From Parabacteroides distasonis (GTDB taxonomy: Bacteria > Spirochaetota > Spirochaetia > Treponematales > Treponemataceae): DNA of 64,000 bases. Made by a program: the position numbers and the translations under genes. Positions 9,404 to 18,225 of the stretch are shown piece by piece. Each line of letters begins with the position of its first letter. Positions within the stretch are counted from its first letter, which is position 1. The notes beneath the pieces are model-generated. The model was not told the origin of the DNA, did no database searches, and saw only the letters and a program-made list of their open reading frames with translations. The stretch covers positions 18,850 to 82,849 of the forward strand of contig CAVKVK010000001.1 in NCBI GenBank assembly GCA_963659855.1. Direction: 5' to 3'.

Positions 9404-11485
9404 TCATTTTCTCTTTTCAAACACCGGTTCAATATCCCATGAGTTCTCCCTGTTTAGGATAAAGCGGCACTCATAGCTTCCGCCGTCTTTCTTCGTGCAT
9501 TTTTTCAGAGAAGTCTTTTTTCCCTCGCATAAAGCCTTTATGTCTGATTTTGTGAATTTTGCCCCGCGTGTCTCTTTCCAAAGCGACTTGAATTTGCAGC
9601 CTTCCTTGTATCCTGTGCAGAACCAGCTTTTTGCGCTCTCCTTTACAGGCTTTCCGCAGACCGGGCATTTGATTTCATCCGCCGTGATTTCTGAGCGGTC
9701 GATTCTTATTTCTGTGCTGACAGCCTGCCTTACAAATTCCTTCATCTTTTTCTCGAAAATTTCAGGATTTTCCGAAAGCGCCTTTTCCCATTGTGTTGTC
9801 GCTGATATGTCGGCGACCTGCCTGAGCGAGGAATTTCTCAATGCCTCAAGAAGCGTTTCTCCGAGCCTTGTACAGATGAAATTTTTGTCCTGGACTTCAA
9901 TGTATCCGTTTGCTTTCAGTTTTGGAATGAATATGTGCCGTGTGGCCGGAGTTCCCAGCCCGATAAGTTTTTCATTTGTTTCATCTTGAACCGACACGTG
10001 TCGGTTGGGCTTCGGATTTTCCATGAACGAGAGGATGCTTGCCTCGTTGAAATATTTCGGTGGCTTCGTCCATTTTTCCTTTGTATTGATTTCAGAGAGA
10101 ACAAGCGAGTTCCAGTCTATTCCGTCAAGGCTTTGAGACTCGCTTTCATTTTCTTCGTTCTGAACCGACACGTGTCGGTCGGACAGTATATCAGAAAACT
10201 TTTTCCACCCTGGTTCTGTTGTCTTTCTTCCTGAGATTTTGAAAGTGTTTCCCTCGATTTCAATAATATAGGACTGCTGGATGTATTTTGCTTCTGGGAG
10301 AAACGCCGCCATGAACCGCTCAAGAATCAGAGTGTAGACGTTCAGCTGCCTTTCATCCGCATTTTCAGGAATGGCTTTCAGCGGAATCAGGGCATGGTGG
10401 GCCTCAAGTTTTTTGTCGTTGAAGCACCTTTTGTTTGAGGCTGAGAAGTTCTCGCTTGCTGAAAGCCGCCTGTATTTCGGGTATGCATTACAAAGCTCGT
10501 TGAACACATTCTGGCAAAGCTCTGTGTTTCCGCTCCCCATCACTTTTGACGGAGTTCGCGGATAGGACACGCATTTGAGGTCATCGTAGAGCGACTGGAT
10601 TATGGAGAGAGTCTCGTCTGCGCTGTAGCCTAAGAGTCTGAACGCGTCTTTCTGTGCTGAGTTCAGGTTGTAGAGCTGGGGCGGCTCTATGGATTTTTCC
10701 TCTTCTCTTTTTTCTTTCAGGTCTGCTTTTTTGCCTATGCAGCTTTTCAGCTTCTGGATTCTTGAGCTGTCCGGGAATTTTGTCGAGCTGTCTTCAAAGT
10801 AAATTCCTGTGCAGGCGGCATTGCCTGAACCGACACGTGTCGGTCGTAATATTCCGTAATGCTCAAAGTATTTCTCGCTCTTGAAATTCCTGATTGCCCT
10901 GCATCGCTCTGATATTGCGCTTAAAATCGCCGTCTGGACCCTGCCAACCGGAAGCTTTGTGTTTGCTGCCCGGCTTATGTATCTTGAGAAATTCATTCCG
11001 ACAAGCCAGTCTGCGTGCTGCCGTGCGAATCCTTGCGCGGAAAGCGTGTTGTATTCGGACAGAGGCCTTGCGTTTCTGATTCCGTTTATTATGACCTCGT
11101 CAGTGAGAGCCTGCGATACCCAGAATCTTTTTATTCTGGTGAAGTCCGTTATTCCTGCTGTCATAAGACATTCCCTTGCGATGACCTCTCCCTCGCGGTC
11201 CGCGTCTGTCGCTATGAGAATATTGTCGTTGCGGTGCTTTTTCAGAAGGCTTACGACAATCTTTGCTAATTCTGATGTCTCTGGATTTGTGCGGTAGTCG
11301 AATTGCTCTGGAATAACTGGGAAATATTCGGAAGTGTAGTGCTTCGGCTCCTCAAGGCTGAACAGATGTCCCTTGCAGCCTGCGATTGTGGTGTCTCTGC
11401 CGGAATAGAAACTGCCGGTCTTCCTGCATGAAAGCGCCCGGGCAAACTCCTCCGCGACATTCGATTTTTCTGCGATGATAAGCAT
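9404..11485 (-). CDS. topB: Type IA DNA topoisomerase III (plasmid/ICE TopB/TraE-like)
   Basis: IIAEK, GHL, ATDADREGE, GRVQT, SYPRT (catalytic Tyr), GLGTPATR, C-terminal Zn ribbon. Confidence 0.92.
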   Translation of the reverse strand: MLIIAEKSNVAEEFARALSCRKTGSFYSGRDTTIAGCKGHLFSLEEPKHYTSEYFPVIPEQFDYRTNPETSELAKIVVSLLKKHRNDNILIATDADREGEVIARECLMTAGITDFTRIKRFWVSQALTDEVIINGIRNARPLSEYNTLSAQGFARQHADWLVGMNFSRYISRAANTKLPVGRVQTAILSAISERCRAIRNFKSEKYFEHYGILRPTRVGSGNAACTGIYFEDSSTKFPDSSRIQKLKSCIGKKADLKEKREEEKSIEPPQLYNLNSAQKDAFRLLGYSADETLSIIQSLYDDLKCVSYPRTPSKVMGSGNTELCQNVFNELCNAYPKYRRLSASENFSASNKRCFNDKKLEAHHALIPLKAIPENADERQLNVYTLILERFMAAFLPEAKYIQQSYIIEIEGNTFKISGRKTTEPGWKKFSDILSDRHVSVQNEENESESQSLDGIDWNSLVLSEINTKEKWTKPPKYFNEASILSFMENPKPNRHVSVQDETNEKLIGLGTPATRHIFIPKLKANGYIEVQDKNFICTRLGETLLEALRNSSLRQVADISATTQWEKALSENPEIFEKKMKEFVRQAVSTEIRIDRSEITADEIKCPVCGKPVKESAKSWFCTGYKEGCKFKSLWKETRGAKFTKSDIKALCEGKKTSLKKCTKKDGGSYECRFILNRENSWDIEPVFEKRK

Positions 11486-11991
11486 TGTGAACTCCTTCGG
11501 GCGGGCAGAAGTTCAGCTCAATTTATAGACCGATATTCAGGATTTTTCAAGAGCAGGATATGTCCGCTGCTGCTGTTGAACCGACACGTGTCGGTTCATT
11601 TTATGAAAAAAGGGCAGTTTTTCCGATAAAGTCGTGCATTTAAAGTCATTAAAGGAATTTTCTGAAAAAGAGCCGCCGCTGAAAAGAGGTGAAATGGGCA
11701 AAAGAGAAAAAAGAGTAACTCTTGGACGCAAGATAAAGGTTTGTGCTACAAGCCGTGATATTTCGTTTCCTGTTCTGGAGTTATATGTGTTACAGCCGTT
11801 TTTTGTGTAATGCGCTTATCTGTTTTCTTCTTTATATGCAATGTAGTACGGCTTGATTCTGCTTGTTTTTTTGCTATGATTTTAGAAATTTGTGTTTTTA
11901 GAAGAAATATTTATGTATTGACAATATATTTCTATAATGACATATTTATTACAGGTTTAGACGTGAAAATATATGTCATTGGTGGAAAAAT

Positions 11992-12564
11992 ATGTACTTT
12001 TCAAAAAAGAAAAAGGCTTTGATTGCGGAAACTGCAAAGGAATCTCAGGACTTGCTGTGCAGGATTTCTCTTGATGCTGGATGGTGCGGATTGCCAGAAC
12101 TTGCGGAGATGGCGGATATAATGTTCCGCGCCTGGAGAATATGGAGCAACAGCCGGTGGTCTTTTTTTAGCAGGAAATATTCCGGCATTTTGAGAAAATT
12201 TTATGTGTCGTATGACAGCGACAGGGGAATGTGCAAGCCGCAGTTTTGTATTATTGCTCTTGCAAGGACTGATTTTGAGAATGAGGAATGGAAGTTTCGG
12301 AGAAGAATATATTTGAGCTGGTACTCTGCATGGAGCAATGCGATGAGGAATTCTTCTGATGTCAGCGTCAGTATTGAGTTTTTGGATAAGAAAAATGCAA
12401 TGGAAACTGTTGAATCTTTCTGCAGTTTGAACCTGCTTGAAAGTCCGTCTTTGGACAATGAACTGGTTGGAATTGAAAAGCGGATAAGGCAGAGCCACCG
12501 CACATTTTCTGCCAGCGGCATATTCAGAAAAGCACTGAACCGACACGTGTCGGTTGAAAACTGA
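11992..12564 (+). CDS. Hypothetical protein resembling a degenerate rolling-circle Rep_1 (pC194-like) protein
   Basis: Motif spacing is Rep_1-like, but the HUH position reads KPQFC and the catalytic-Tyr position reads ESF. Judged by eye only. Confidence 0.45.
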   Translation: MYFSKKKKALIAETAKESQDLLCRISLDAGWCGLPELAEMADIMFRAWRIWSNSRWSFFSRKYSGILRKFYVSYDSDRGMCKPQFCIIALARTDFENEEWKFRRRIYLSWYSAWSNAMRNSSDVSVSIEFLDKKNAMETVESFCSLNLLESPSLDNELVGIEKRIRQSHRTFSASGIFRKALNRHVSVEN

Positions 12565-12565
12565 C

Positions 12566-12593
12566 TTGACAAAATAATTGTGTGAAATAAAAT
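12566..12593 (+). promoter_or_regulatory. sigma70-like promoter of the antitoxin-zeta operon
   Basis: TTGACA (12566-12571), 16-nt spacer, TAAAAT (12588-12593), then GGAGG RBS. Confidence 0.65.
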
Positions 12594-12613
12594 TTATTCA
12601 TGGAGGCGCGCCT

Positions 12614-12817
12614 ATGGCTACAATAATGGAAAAGGATGTTCTCTTGGAGCTTGTATCTTACAGCCTTGCCATGCTTCACAACAAAGAGGATTCAGCAGAC
12701 GTTTCTAAAAATATAAGAAGCCTGAGAGTTATGAAAAAAAATCTTATAAATACAGAATTCGACAAGATAGATTTCCAGAAAACTCGAAATCTGATACAAG
12801 GATTTGGGACAGTATGA
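12614..12817 (+). CDS. Small helical protein, probable antitoxin of the zeta toxin
   Basis: 67 aa with GGAGG RBS. Its stop overlaps the zeta start (ATGA). Confidence 0.55.
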   Translation: MATIMEKDVLLELVSYSLAMLHNKEDSADVSKNIRSLRVMKKNLINTEFDKIDFQKTRNLIQGFGTV

Positions 12818-13602
12818 ATTTTATAGCAGGTGAGCTTAACTGCTCAGAGCAGGAATTTTCAGAAAAGGTGAAAAAAGTCTGGAAAGATATTGTTGAGGAT
12901 GACCCGTTTATTTCAGTGGCAGAGGAATCTCCAGAGGGCTTTGTTCTCGGCGGCCAGCCGGGAGCGGGAAAGACAACGCTCACAAATATGCTTTCCGCAA
13001 GGCTTAACAAGAATATAATCTCAATATCAGGCGATGACTTCCGACCTTATCATCCGCATTTTGAGGAAATCCAGAAACTGTTCATGGAAGAGTCGCCGAA
13101 ATACACATCAAAATTTTCAGGAAGAATGACAGAAGAGCTGATAGACAAGGCTGTTTCTGAGAAATACAACATTGTTGTCGAGGGAACATTCCGCACTTCT
13201 GCGACACCTGTCTCAACCCTGAAAAAGATGAAGCAGGCCGGATACAGGACAGGAATCGCGATTCAGATATGCGACAAGGAGACCAGCTGGAAGTCATGCC
13301 AGGAACGCTATGAAAAGATGAAGGAGTCGAATCCGCTTCTTGCACGGACGGTTGACAAGGCTCACCACGACCTTGTCATAAGTCAGCTTCCAGAAACTAT
13401 AAAAGCAGTCTACGAATCAGGCTTTGCCGACAGTCTTGAAATCTATGAGCGTTTCCAGAAGGGGAATACGTTTACTGTAAGAAAAATATTTTCTTCCGAA
13501 GACGGAAAGCCTCTTGATGTCAAAATGATAGAGAATATCCTTAAAGGAAAATCCGGTCATAATAAAAAGGCAAGAGAACTTGATTCAGGCTTTGAACGCT
13601 AA
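12814..13602 (+). CDS. Zeta toxin family P-loop kinase
   Basis: LGGQPGAGKT Walker A, ISGDDFRPYHP, NIVVEGT, R.V...HHD. Confidence 0.9.
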   Translation: MNFIAGELNCSEQEFSEKVKKVWKDIVEDDPFISVAEESPEGFVLGGQPGAGKTTLTNMLSARLNKNIISISGDDFRPYHPHFEEIQKLFMEESPKYTSKFSGRMTEELIDKAVSEKYNIVVEGTFRTSATPVSTLKKMKQAGYRTGIAIQICDKETSWKSCQERYEKMKESNPLLARTVDKAHHDLVISQLPETIKAVYESGFADSLEIYERFQKGNTFTVRKIFSSEDGKPLDVKMIENILKGKSGHNKKARELDSGFER

Positions 13603-13610
13603 AACAGCCA

Positions 13611-14804
13611 ATGAAATCTCATTCAATAAAAGACATATTCTCCAGCCGTCCGACTAAGGAGCATTATGAGGAAGACCTCTACAAGGTAAGAAAAGTTCCG
13701 TACAAGAAGGACGACATGTGGCGGCTCTCAAAGCTGCTTTCTGCAAAACCGACACGTGTCGGTCGTGATGACGGCGGAAGATTCTCAGGCGGTGGACGCG
13801 GCAAAAATCTGCTCATAAATTCTGCAAGCCAGAAAGACCAGCGCGTGATGTTCAAGGTCTCGCACAGCTCCTCGATGCAGGCTCATGACAAGTATCTCTC
13901 AACATACATGCCGCAGGAAAACAAGAATGAAGTTCTGGACAAGCCAAGGCTTTTCGGCACTGAAAGCTCGGAGTACGAGGCCGCGAAAGTCCCGGAGCAT
14001 TTCAAATTCATAGTCTCTCCTGAAAACCAGAATGTGAACCTGAAAGTCCTTGCCTCTGAGTTTATAAAGAGAGTTGAAACCATGACCGGCTACAGGCTTT
14101 TTTGGCAGGGGGCTGTCCACACTGACACGGCGCACCGCCACGCTCACATCTGCATAAACGGAAAGGACAGGAACGGAAAGCGTGTCTATTTTCAGCCTGA
14201 GATGATCAGGCGGACTATGAGGGAGACCCTCTCGTACATTGCGACGCAGATGGTGGGAGAGCGGACGCAGCAGGAAATTCTTGTGGCGCAGAAAAACCTT
14301 GCTGTTTCAAGACGCTGGACGAAGCTTGACGAGGAGCTTGAGAAATATTCCGGAAAAATAAGTTCCCGTCTTCTAAGCCCTGAAATGCAGAACAGGCTCG
14401 CGTTTCTTTCTGAAATAAATCTTGCTGTCAGAAAAGCCGGATTCTACGAGCTAAAACCCAGATGGAAGGATGTTCTTGTTGCGACAGGACGGTACAACAC
14501 ATTCCTTGAGGAGTACCGGAAATCAGGCGGAAAACTTGAGCTTTACGCAGGCGGCGGAATCGGCGGAACAGTCGAGAATGTAATATCGTTCGACAAGGAT
14601 GAAAGCTGGAATGACGCCCTTGTCATAAGAACCGGAGAATCCCTGGTCTATGTTCCTGTGTGGCAGCTGAAGAAAGATGACCTTCTGGGAAAAACAGTCG
14701 AGATAAGGAACGGAACAAGAAGCCTCTCTCGGCAGGTTACGGACTCAAGCATACGTATTGTTGAGAGCACTAGAAGCGGAAGAAATCCCGGCAAGCGTGA
14801 ATAG
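13611..14804 (+). CDS. Conjugative relaxase (MOBP/VirD2-like HUH)
   Basis: QRVMFKVS...YL.Y (motif I), HFKFIVSPE (motif II), AVHTDTAHRHAHI (motif III). Confidence 0.85.
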   Translation: MKSHSIKDIFSSRPTKEHYEEDLYKVRKVPYKKDDMWRLSKLLSAKPTRVGRDDGGRFSGGGRGKNLLINSASQKDQRVMFKVSHSSSMQAHDKYLSTYMPQENKNEVLDKPRLFGTESSEYEAAKVPEHFKFIVSPENQNVNLKVLASEFIKRVETMTGYRLFWQGAVHTDTAHRHAHICINGKDRNGKRVYFQPEMIRRTMRETLSYIATQMVGERTQQEILVAQKNLAVSRRWTKLDEELEKYSGKISSRLLSPEMQNRLAFLSEINLAVRKAGFYELKPRWKDVLVATGRYNTFLEEYRKSGGKLELYAGGGIGGTVENVISFDKDESWNDALVIRTGESLVYVPVWQLKKDDLLGKTVEIRNGTRSLSRQVTDSSIRIVESTRSGRNPGKRE

Positions 14805-14849
14805 ATTTCTAAAATTACAAAAATCTATTTGTATGTAATAAAATCAATA

Positions 14850-14878
14850 TTGACTGTACAGCGGAAAATTTGTAATCT
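14850..14878 (+). promoter_or_regulatory. Probable promoter of the virB8-virB10 operon
   Basis: TTGACT, 17-nt spacer, TAATCT. Confidence 0.5.
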
Positions 14879-14918
14879 GTAGCAAAAGTATCTGCCCGCC
14901 CTTTCTTGGAGATACTTT

Positions 14919-15629
14919 ATGAGTACTAAACAATATCCTCCTGCCGGCAAAGTCCAGACTCCGTTCTATCCGCAGCTTGAGCATTTCGACTGGATTACAG
15001 GACAGATCCGCAGGGAGAACCATATCCTGCGGATTGTGGCAGTCATCTCATGCCTCGCTTTTTTTCTCTCAATCGGAATAAGCCTGTACGCTGTCGCGCA
15101 GCCTGACTCTATTCCTGTGATTGTTACAATGAATGACTTCGGCCAGGCGTCCTATGTCGGGCCGGTCTCTCGAAAAAACTACCAGGACTTCAATGTTCCA
15201 GAAGTCGCAGTCCAGTATCAGGTGAAGGACTTCCTGAATCTCTACCACACACTCTCAACCGACAAGACAGTGATGAAAAAGTCTGTCAGCAAAATCTACC
15301 ACATTTTAACCTCAACAACAGCGTCAAAGTATTCGTCGCTTGTGAAGGAGGAGAAGCCTTTTGAGTATTTCGGCACACGGACAAGGGAAGTCTTTTTCCA
15401 GACCGAGCCGCTGAAGCTCTCGAAAGACTCCTACCAGATTGACTACCAGGTTATGACACGGCAGGTTTCCGGCTCAGTCGTGAGCAATGTTGCCTACCGC
15501 GCGGTCATAAGCGTTAAGACACTGCAGCCGAGCGAAGATGACATAAAGGACAACCCTCTTGGCATCTACATAACCGCATTCGACATGAAGGAAATAAACA
15601 CGAAAGTATATTCAGGAGAACCACAATGA
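14919..15629 (+). CDS. virB8: T4SS inner-membrane protein VirB8/TrbF
   Basis: Single N-terminal TM helix and C-terminal NPLGIYIT motif. Confidence 0.85.
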   Translation: MSTKQYPPAGKVQTPFYPQLEHFDWITGQIRRENHILRIVAVISCLAFFLSIGISLYAVAQPDSIPVIVTMNDFGQASYVGPVSRKNYQDFNVPEVAVQYQVKDFLNLYHTLSTDKTVMKKSVSKIYHILTSTTASKYSSLVKEEKPFEYFGTRTREVFFQTEPLKLSKDSYQIDYQVMTRQVSGSVVSNVAYRAVISVKTLQPSEDDIKDNPLGIYITAFDMKEINTKVYSGEPQ

Positions 15630-16711
15630 AAGCAAGGGTAAAAATCGACCGACACGTGTCGGTTCTGGCAATGACTTTTCTGCTTCTCTCATGCTCCACG
15701 ACAAGAGACCTTGAGAAGAGCGTGAACCAGACGGACTTTGACGACAGCGGCGCAAAATCGCTTGAGGAAGAGGAGCAGAAGAACGAGGCAGAGCTTAAAG
15801 GCTACTATGTGCAGGAGGAGCTGAAAGTCCAGAACATGGAGGACACTGTTGTGTTTGTTGACCGCCCTGTCTACATTCCCGAGCAGAAAGACGCTCCTGA
15901 GCTTGAGCGCGGATTTGAATCCGGATATGACGCTGTGAAGAAAAGCCTGAGGAAGGCGACTGTGAGGCCGGAGAACTACAAGAGCGGAACTTTCTTCTAT
16001 CAATATAATGAAAATCTTGTGTACGAGATTTATGCCCAGCCGTACCATCTTACGGACATTGTCCTTGAGCGCGGCGAGACTGTGAAGGGAAATCCGTTCT
16101 TTTCAGAGGATGAGAGCGTGTGGGAGCTTACGGCAGGTGTCTCGATTGACACGGAGACAGGCGAGGAAGTGCAGCATTTTTTTGTGAAGCCTGCGTACTC
16201 AAAGCTGGACTCAAGCCTGATTATCATAACCGACCGGCGTGTCTATCATCTGCGTGTAAAATCCTTTGCGGACACGCACATGGCGATTGTCAAATTTACA
16301 TATCCTGATAAGCGGAATTTCTATGCGAAAAGCACAGCGGAAAAAAGCCGTTCCGTCGAGAACGACTTCATAAGAATCTCGAATCCTGAGCTATTGTCTT
16401 TTGACTACAGGATGAAATATTCGATGTTCAAGAAGCCTGAATTCCTGCCCAAGCGTGTCTACGATGACGGACAGTCAACATACATTCAGGTTGACGACAT
16501 TGTGCTTCAGAAAAAGCTTCCTGTCCTGTTCAATGAGAAGAACGAGATTGAAAACTATTCTGTGAAGAAGAACATCTTTGTTGTTCCGCGCCTTGTGAAT
16601 AAAATCACTCTCCGGCTTGGAAAGCAGAAAGTCGTGATAGAAAAGAAAAAGATAAGCCAGAAAATTGCGGAAAAAATCGCCGCGGAAGAGGAGACGCAAG
16701 TTGGAAAATAA
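15626..16711 (+). CDS. virB9: T4SS core protein VirB9/TrbG (lipoprotein signal)
   Basis: Lipobox LLSC; LTDIVLERGE, IITDRRVY, PKRVYDDGQSTYI, LPVLF. Confidence 0.85.
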   Translation: MKARVKIDRHVSVLAMTFLLLSCSTTRDLEKSVNQTDFDDSGAKSLEEEEQKNEAELKGYYVQEELKVQNMEDTVVFVDRPVYIPEQKDAPELERGFESGYDAVKKSLRKATVRPENYKSGTFFYQYNENLVYEIYAQPYHLTDIVLERGETVKGNPFFSEDESVWELTAGVSIDTETGEEVQHFFVKPAYSKLDSSLIIITDRRVYHLRVKSFADTHMAIVKFTYPDKRNFYAKSTAEKSRSVENDFIRISNPELLSFDYRMKYSMFKKPEFLPKRVYDDGQSTYIQVDDIVLQKKLPVLFNEKNEIENYSVKKNIFVVPRLVNKITLRLGKQKVVIEKKKISQKIAEKIAAEEETQVGK

Positions 16712-18098
16712 TATCGATGAGGATGAAAACCTTGAGCTTGACGCATCTTCTGTTGACCTGAACGACGAGATTGAGAGCGAGGACGATGAGCTTCCGCCAC
16801 CAGAAGAGGAAAAAGACGAGGCGCGCGAGCTTAATGTCGGGAATATACTTGCGCTTATTTTTATCGGGGTCGCGGTGATTTTCCTTATCGTGATGGCGGC
16901 AGGCTCTGCAAAGTCAAAGAAGAAAGTCCAGAGCCGGGAGCTAGACAAGTCAGGAAGCAAGACAGTCGTTGAATTCAATGAGAGGACAGAGAAGGCTCCC
17001 GAAGTAAAGGAGAATGTGGAGCAGATTTTTGGGGAAGAGAAAAAAGAGGAAAAGCCTATGAGCGAAAAAGACGCAGACACTGTTCTTTCCACACTGCCGC
17101 CTGAGCTTCAGAGTGGAACTGCTCCTGTTACGCCGGTCGGAAGCCGCTCCTCCTCATCCGCAAAGTCAGACCGTCCGGACACAAGGAACTCGAAATCGCC
17201 CAGAAAAATCGAGGGAATCGCAGGGCAGAGCTATGCGGCTGCAAACGCAAACTCCAACATTGTGAGCGCGGTCATGAACGGAAATTTTCCGCAGACATCT
17301 TCCTCGTCAAGAATGACCAAGGAGGAATACATCGCGCAGCAGATGCAGCGCACTCAGCAGATTCAGAATTCGCTGTACGGCTCAGGCGGAAGCTACGGCG
17401 GCACAAACCAGAGCCAGAGCGCAGCTTACCAGTCCAACCGCGAGGAATTTTTCAATAGCCAGGGTAGCGGAACTGGAAACGGACAGTTCCTTCCGTACAA
17501 CACAATCTGGGACGGAACGATTATCTCGGCCTCGCTTGAAACGGCGATAAACACAGACAATCCCGGCGTTGTGATTGCACGAGTGACGCAGAACGTCTAT
17601 TCAAGCTATGACCATTCGCTTCTTCTGATTCCGCAAGGCTCGCTCCTTTACGCTACCTACAACAGCTCTGTCAGTTACGGGCAGGACAAGGTGCAGGTGG
17701 CATGGAATCTTCTTATACGCCCTGACGGCTACAGAATCACATTGGGCAACATGAACGGAGTTAGTGCGCAGGGGGTGAGCGGATACAAGGGAAAAGTCTC
17801 GAACCATCCGTGGGCTACTATGAAGGCGCTGGGAATGATTGCAGTCTACTCTATGATTCAGACCGAGATGTCAAAGAGCATAAACAGCCAGAACAACGAG
17901 TATATACAGAACGCGATGACAGATGTGTGGACGCAGTCGTCGAAAATCGGAAACAAGATTATCGACCGCGCGCTGGACATAAAGCCGACAATCGCTGTCC
18001 CGCTCGGAAAGGAAATCAAGATTATCACGAATGTTCCGCTTGAGCTTCCTCCGTGCAAGGTGAGCCAGGCCACAAGAAAATATGTAAGGACGCGATAA
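16701..18098 (+). CDS. virB10: T4SS core protein VirB10/TrbI
   Basis: TM helix, disordered linker, then GTIISASLETAINTDNPG...ARVTQNVY...LIPQGS...NH...IKPTI. TTG start follows GAGGAG. Confidence 0.9.
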   Translation: MENNIDEDENLELDASSVDLNDEIESEDDELPPPEEEKDEARELNVGNILALIFIGVAVIFLIVMAAGSAKSKKKVQSRELDKSGSKTVVEFNERTEKAPEVKENVEQIFGEEKKEEKPMSEKDADTVLSTLPPELQSGTAPVTPVGSRSSSSAKSDRPDTRNSKSPRKIEGIAGQSYAAANANSNIVSAVMNGNFPQTSSSSRMTKEEYIAQQMQRTQQIQNSLYGSGGSYGGTNQSQSAAYQSNREEFFNSQGSGTGNGQFLPYNTIWDGTIISASLETAINTDNPGVVIARVTQNVYSSYDHSLLLIPQGSLLYATYNSSVSYGQDKVQVAWNLLIRPDGYRITLGNMNGVSAQGVSGYKGKVSNHPWATMKALGMIAVYSMIQTEMSKSINSQNNEYIQNAMTDVWTQSSKIGNKIIDRALDIKPTIAVPLGKEIKIITNVPLELPPCKVSQATRKYVRTR

Positions 18099-18225
18099 AA
18101 AAACGGATATGAGCAGTCCGTGGCCACGAATAGAAAGTTTACAGAAGCGGATTTTTCATTATAAAAAGCTGAAATAAAAATGAGTACACGAATAGACATT
18201 GAAAAAAAAATCTCTGGAGTAAAAA

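Larger units (their letters stand above)
9388..15663. repeat. Cluster of eight perfect ACCGACACGTGTCGGT palindromes (starts 9388, 9990, 10164, 10829, 11580, 12539, 13748, 15648)
   Basis: Exact 16-bp matches read from the sequence. Confidence 0.95.

Noticed and set aside
11725..11745. Minus-strand TTTATCTTG resembling a pC194 double-strand origin near the Rep-like ORF
   Set aside because: It lacks the conserved ATA after the nick position and is too short to support.
9388..15663. Palindromic repeats as a CRISPR array or integron attC sites
   Set aside because: Spacing is irregular (170-1900 nt), most copies are inside intact CDSs, and no cas or integrase genes are present.
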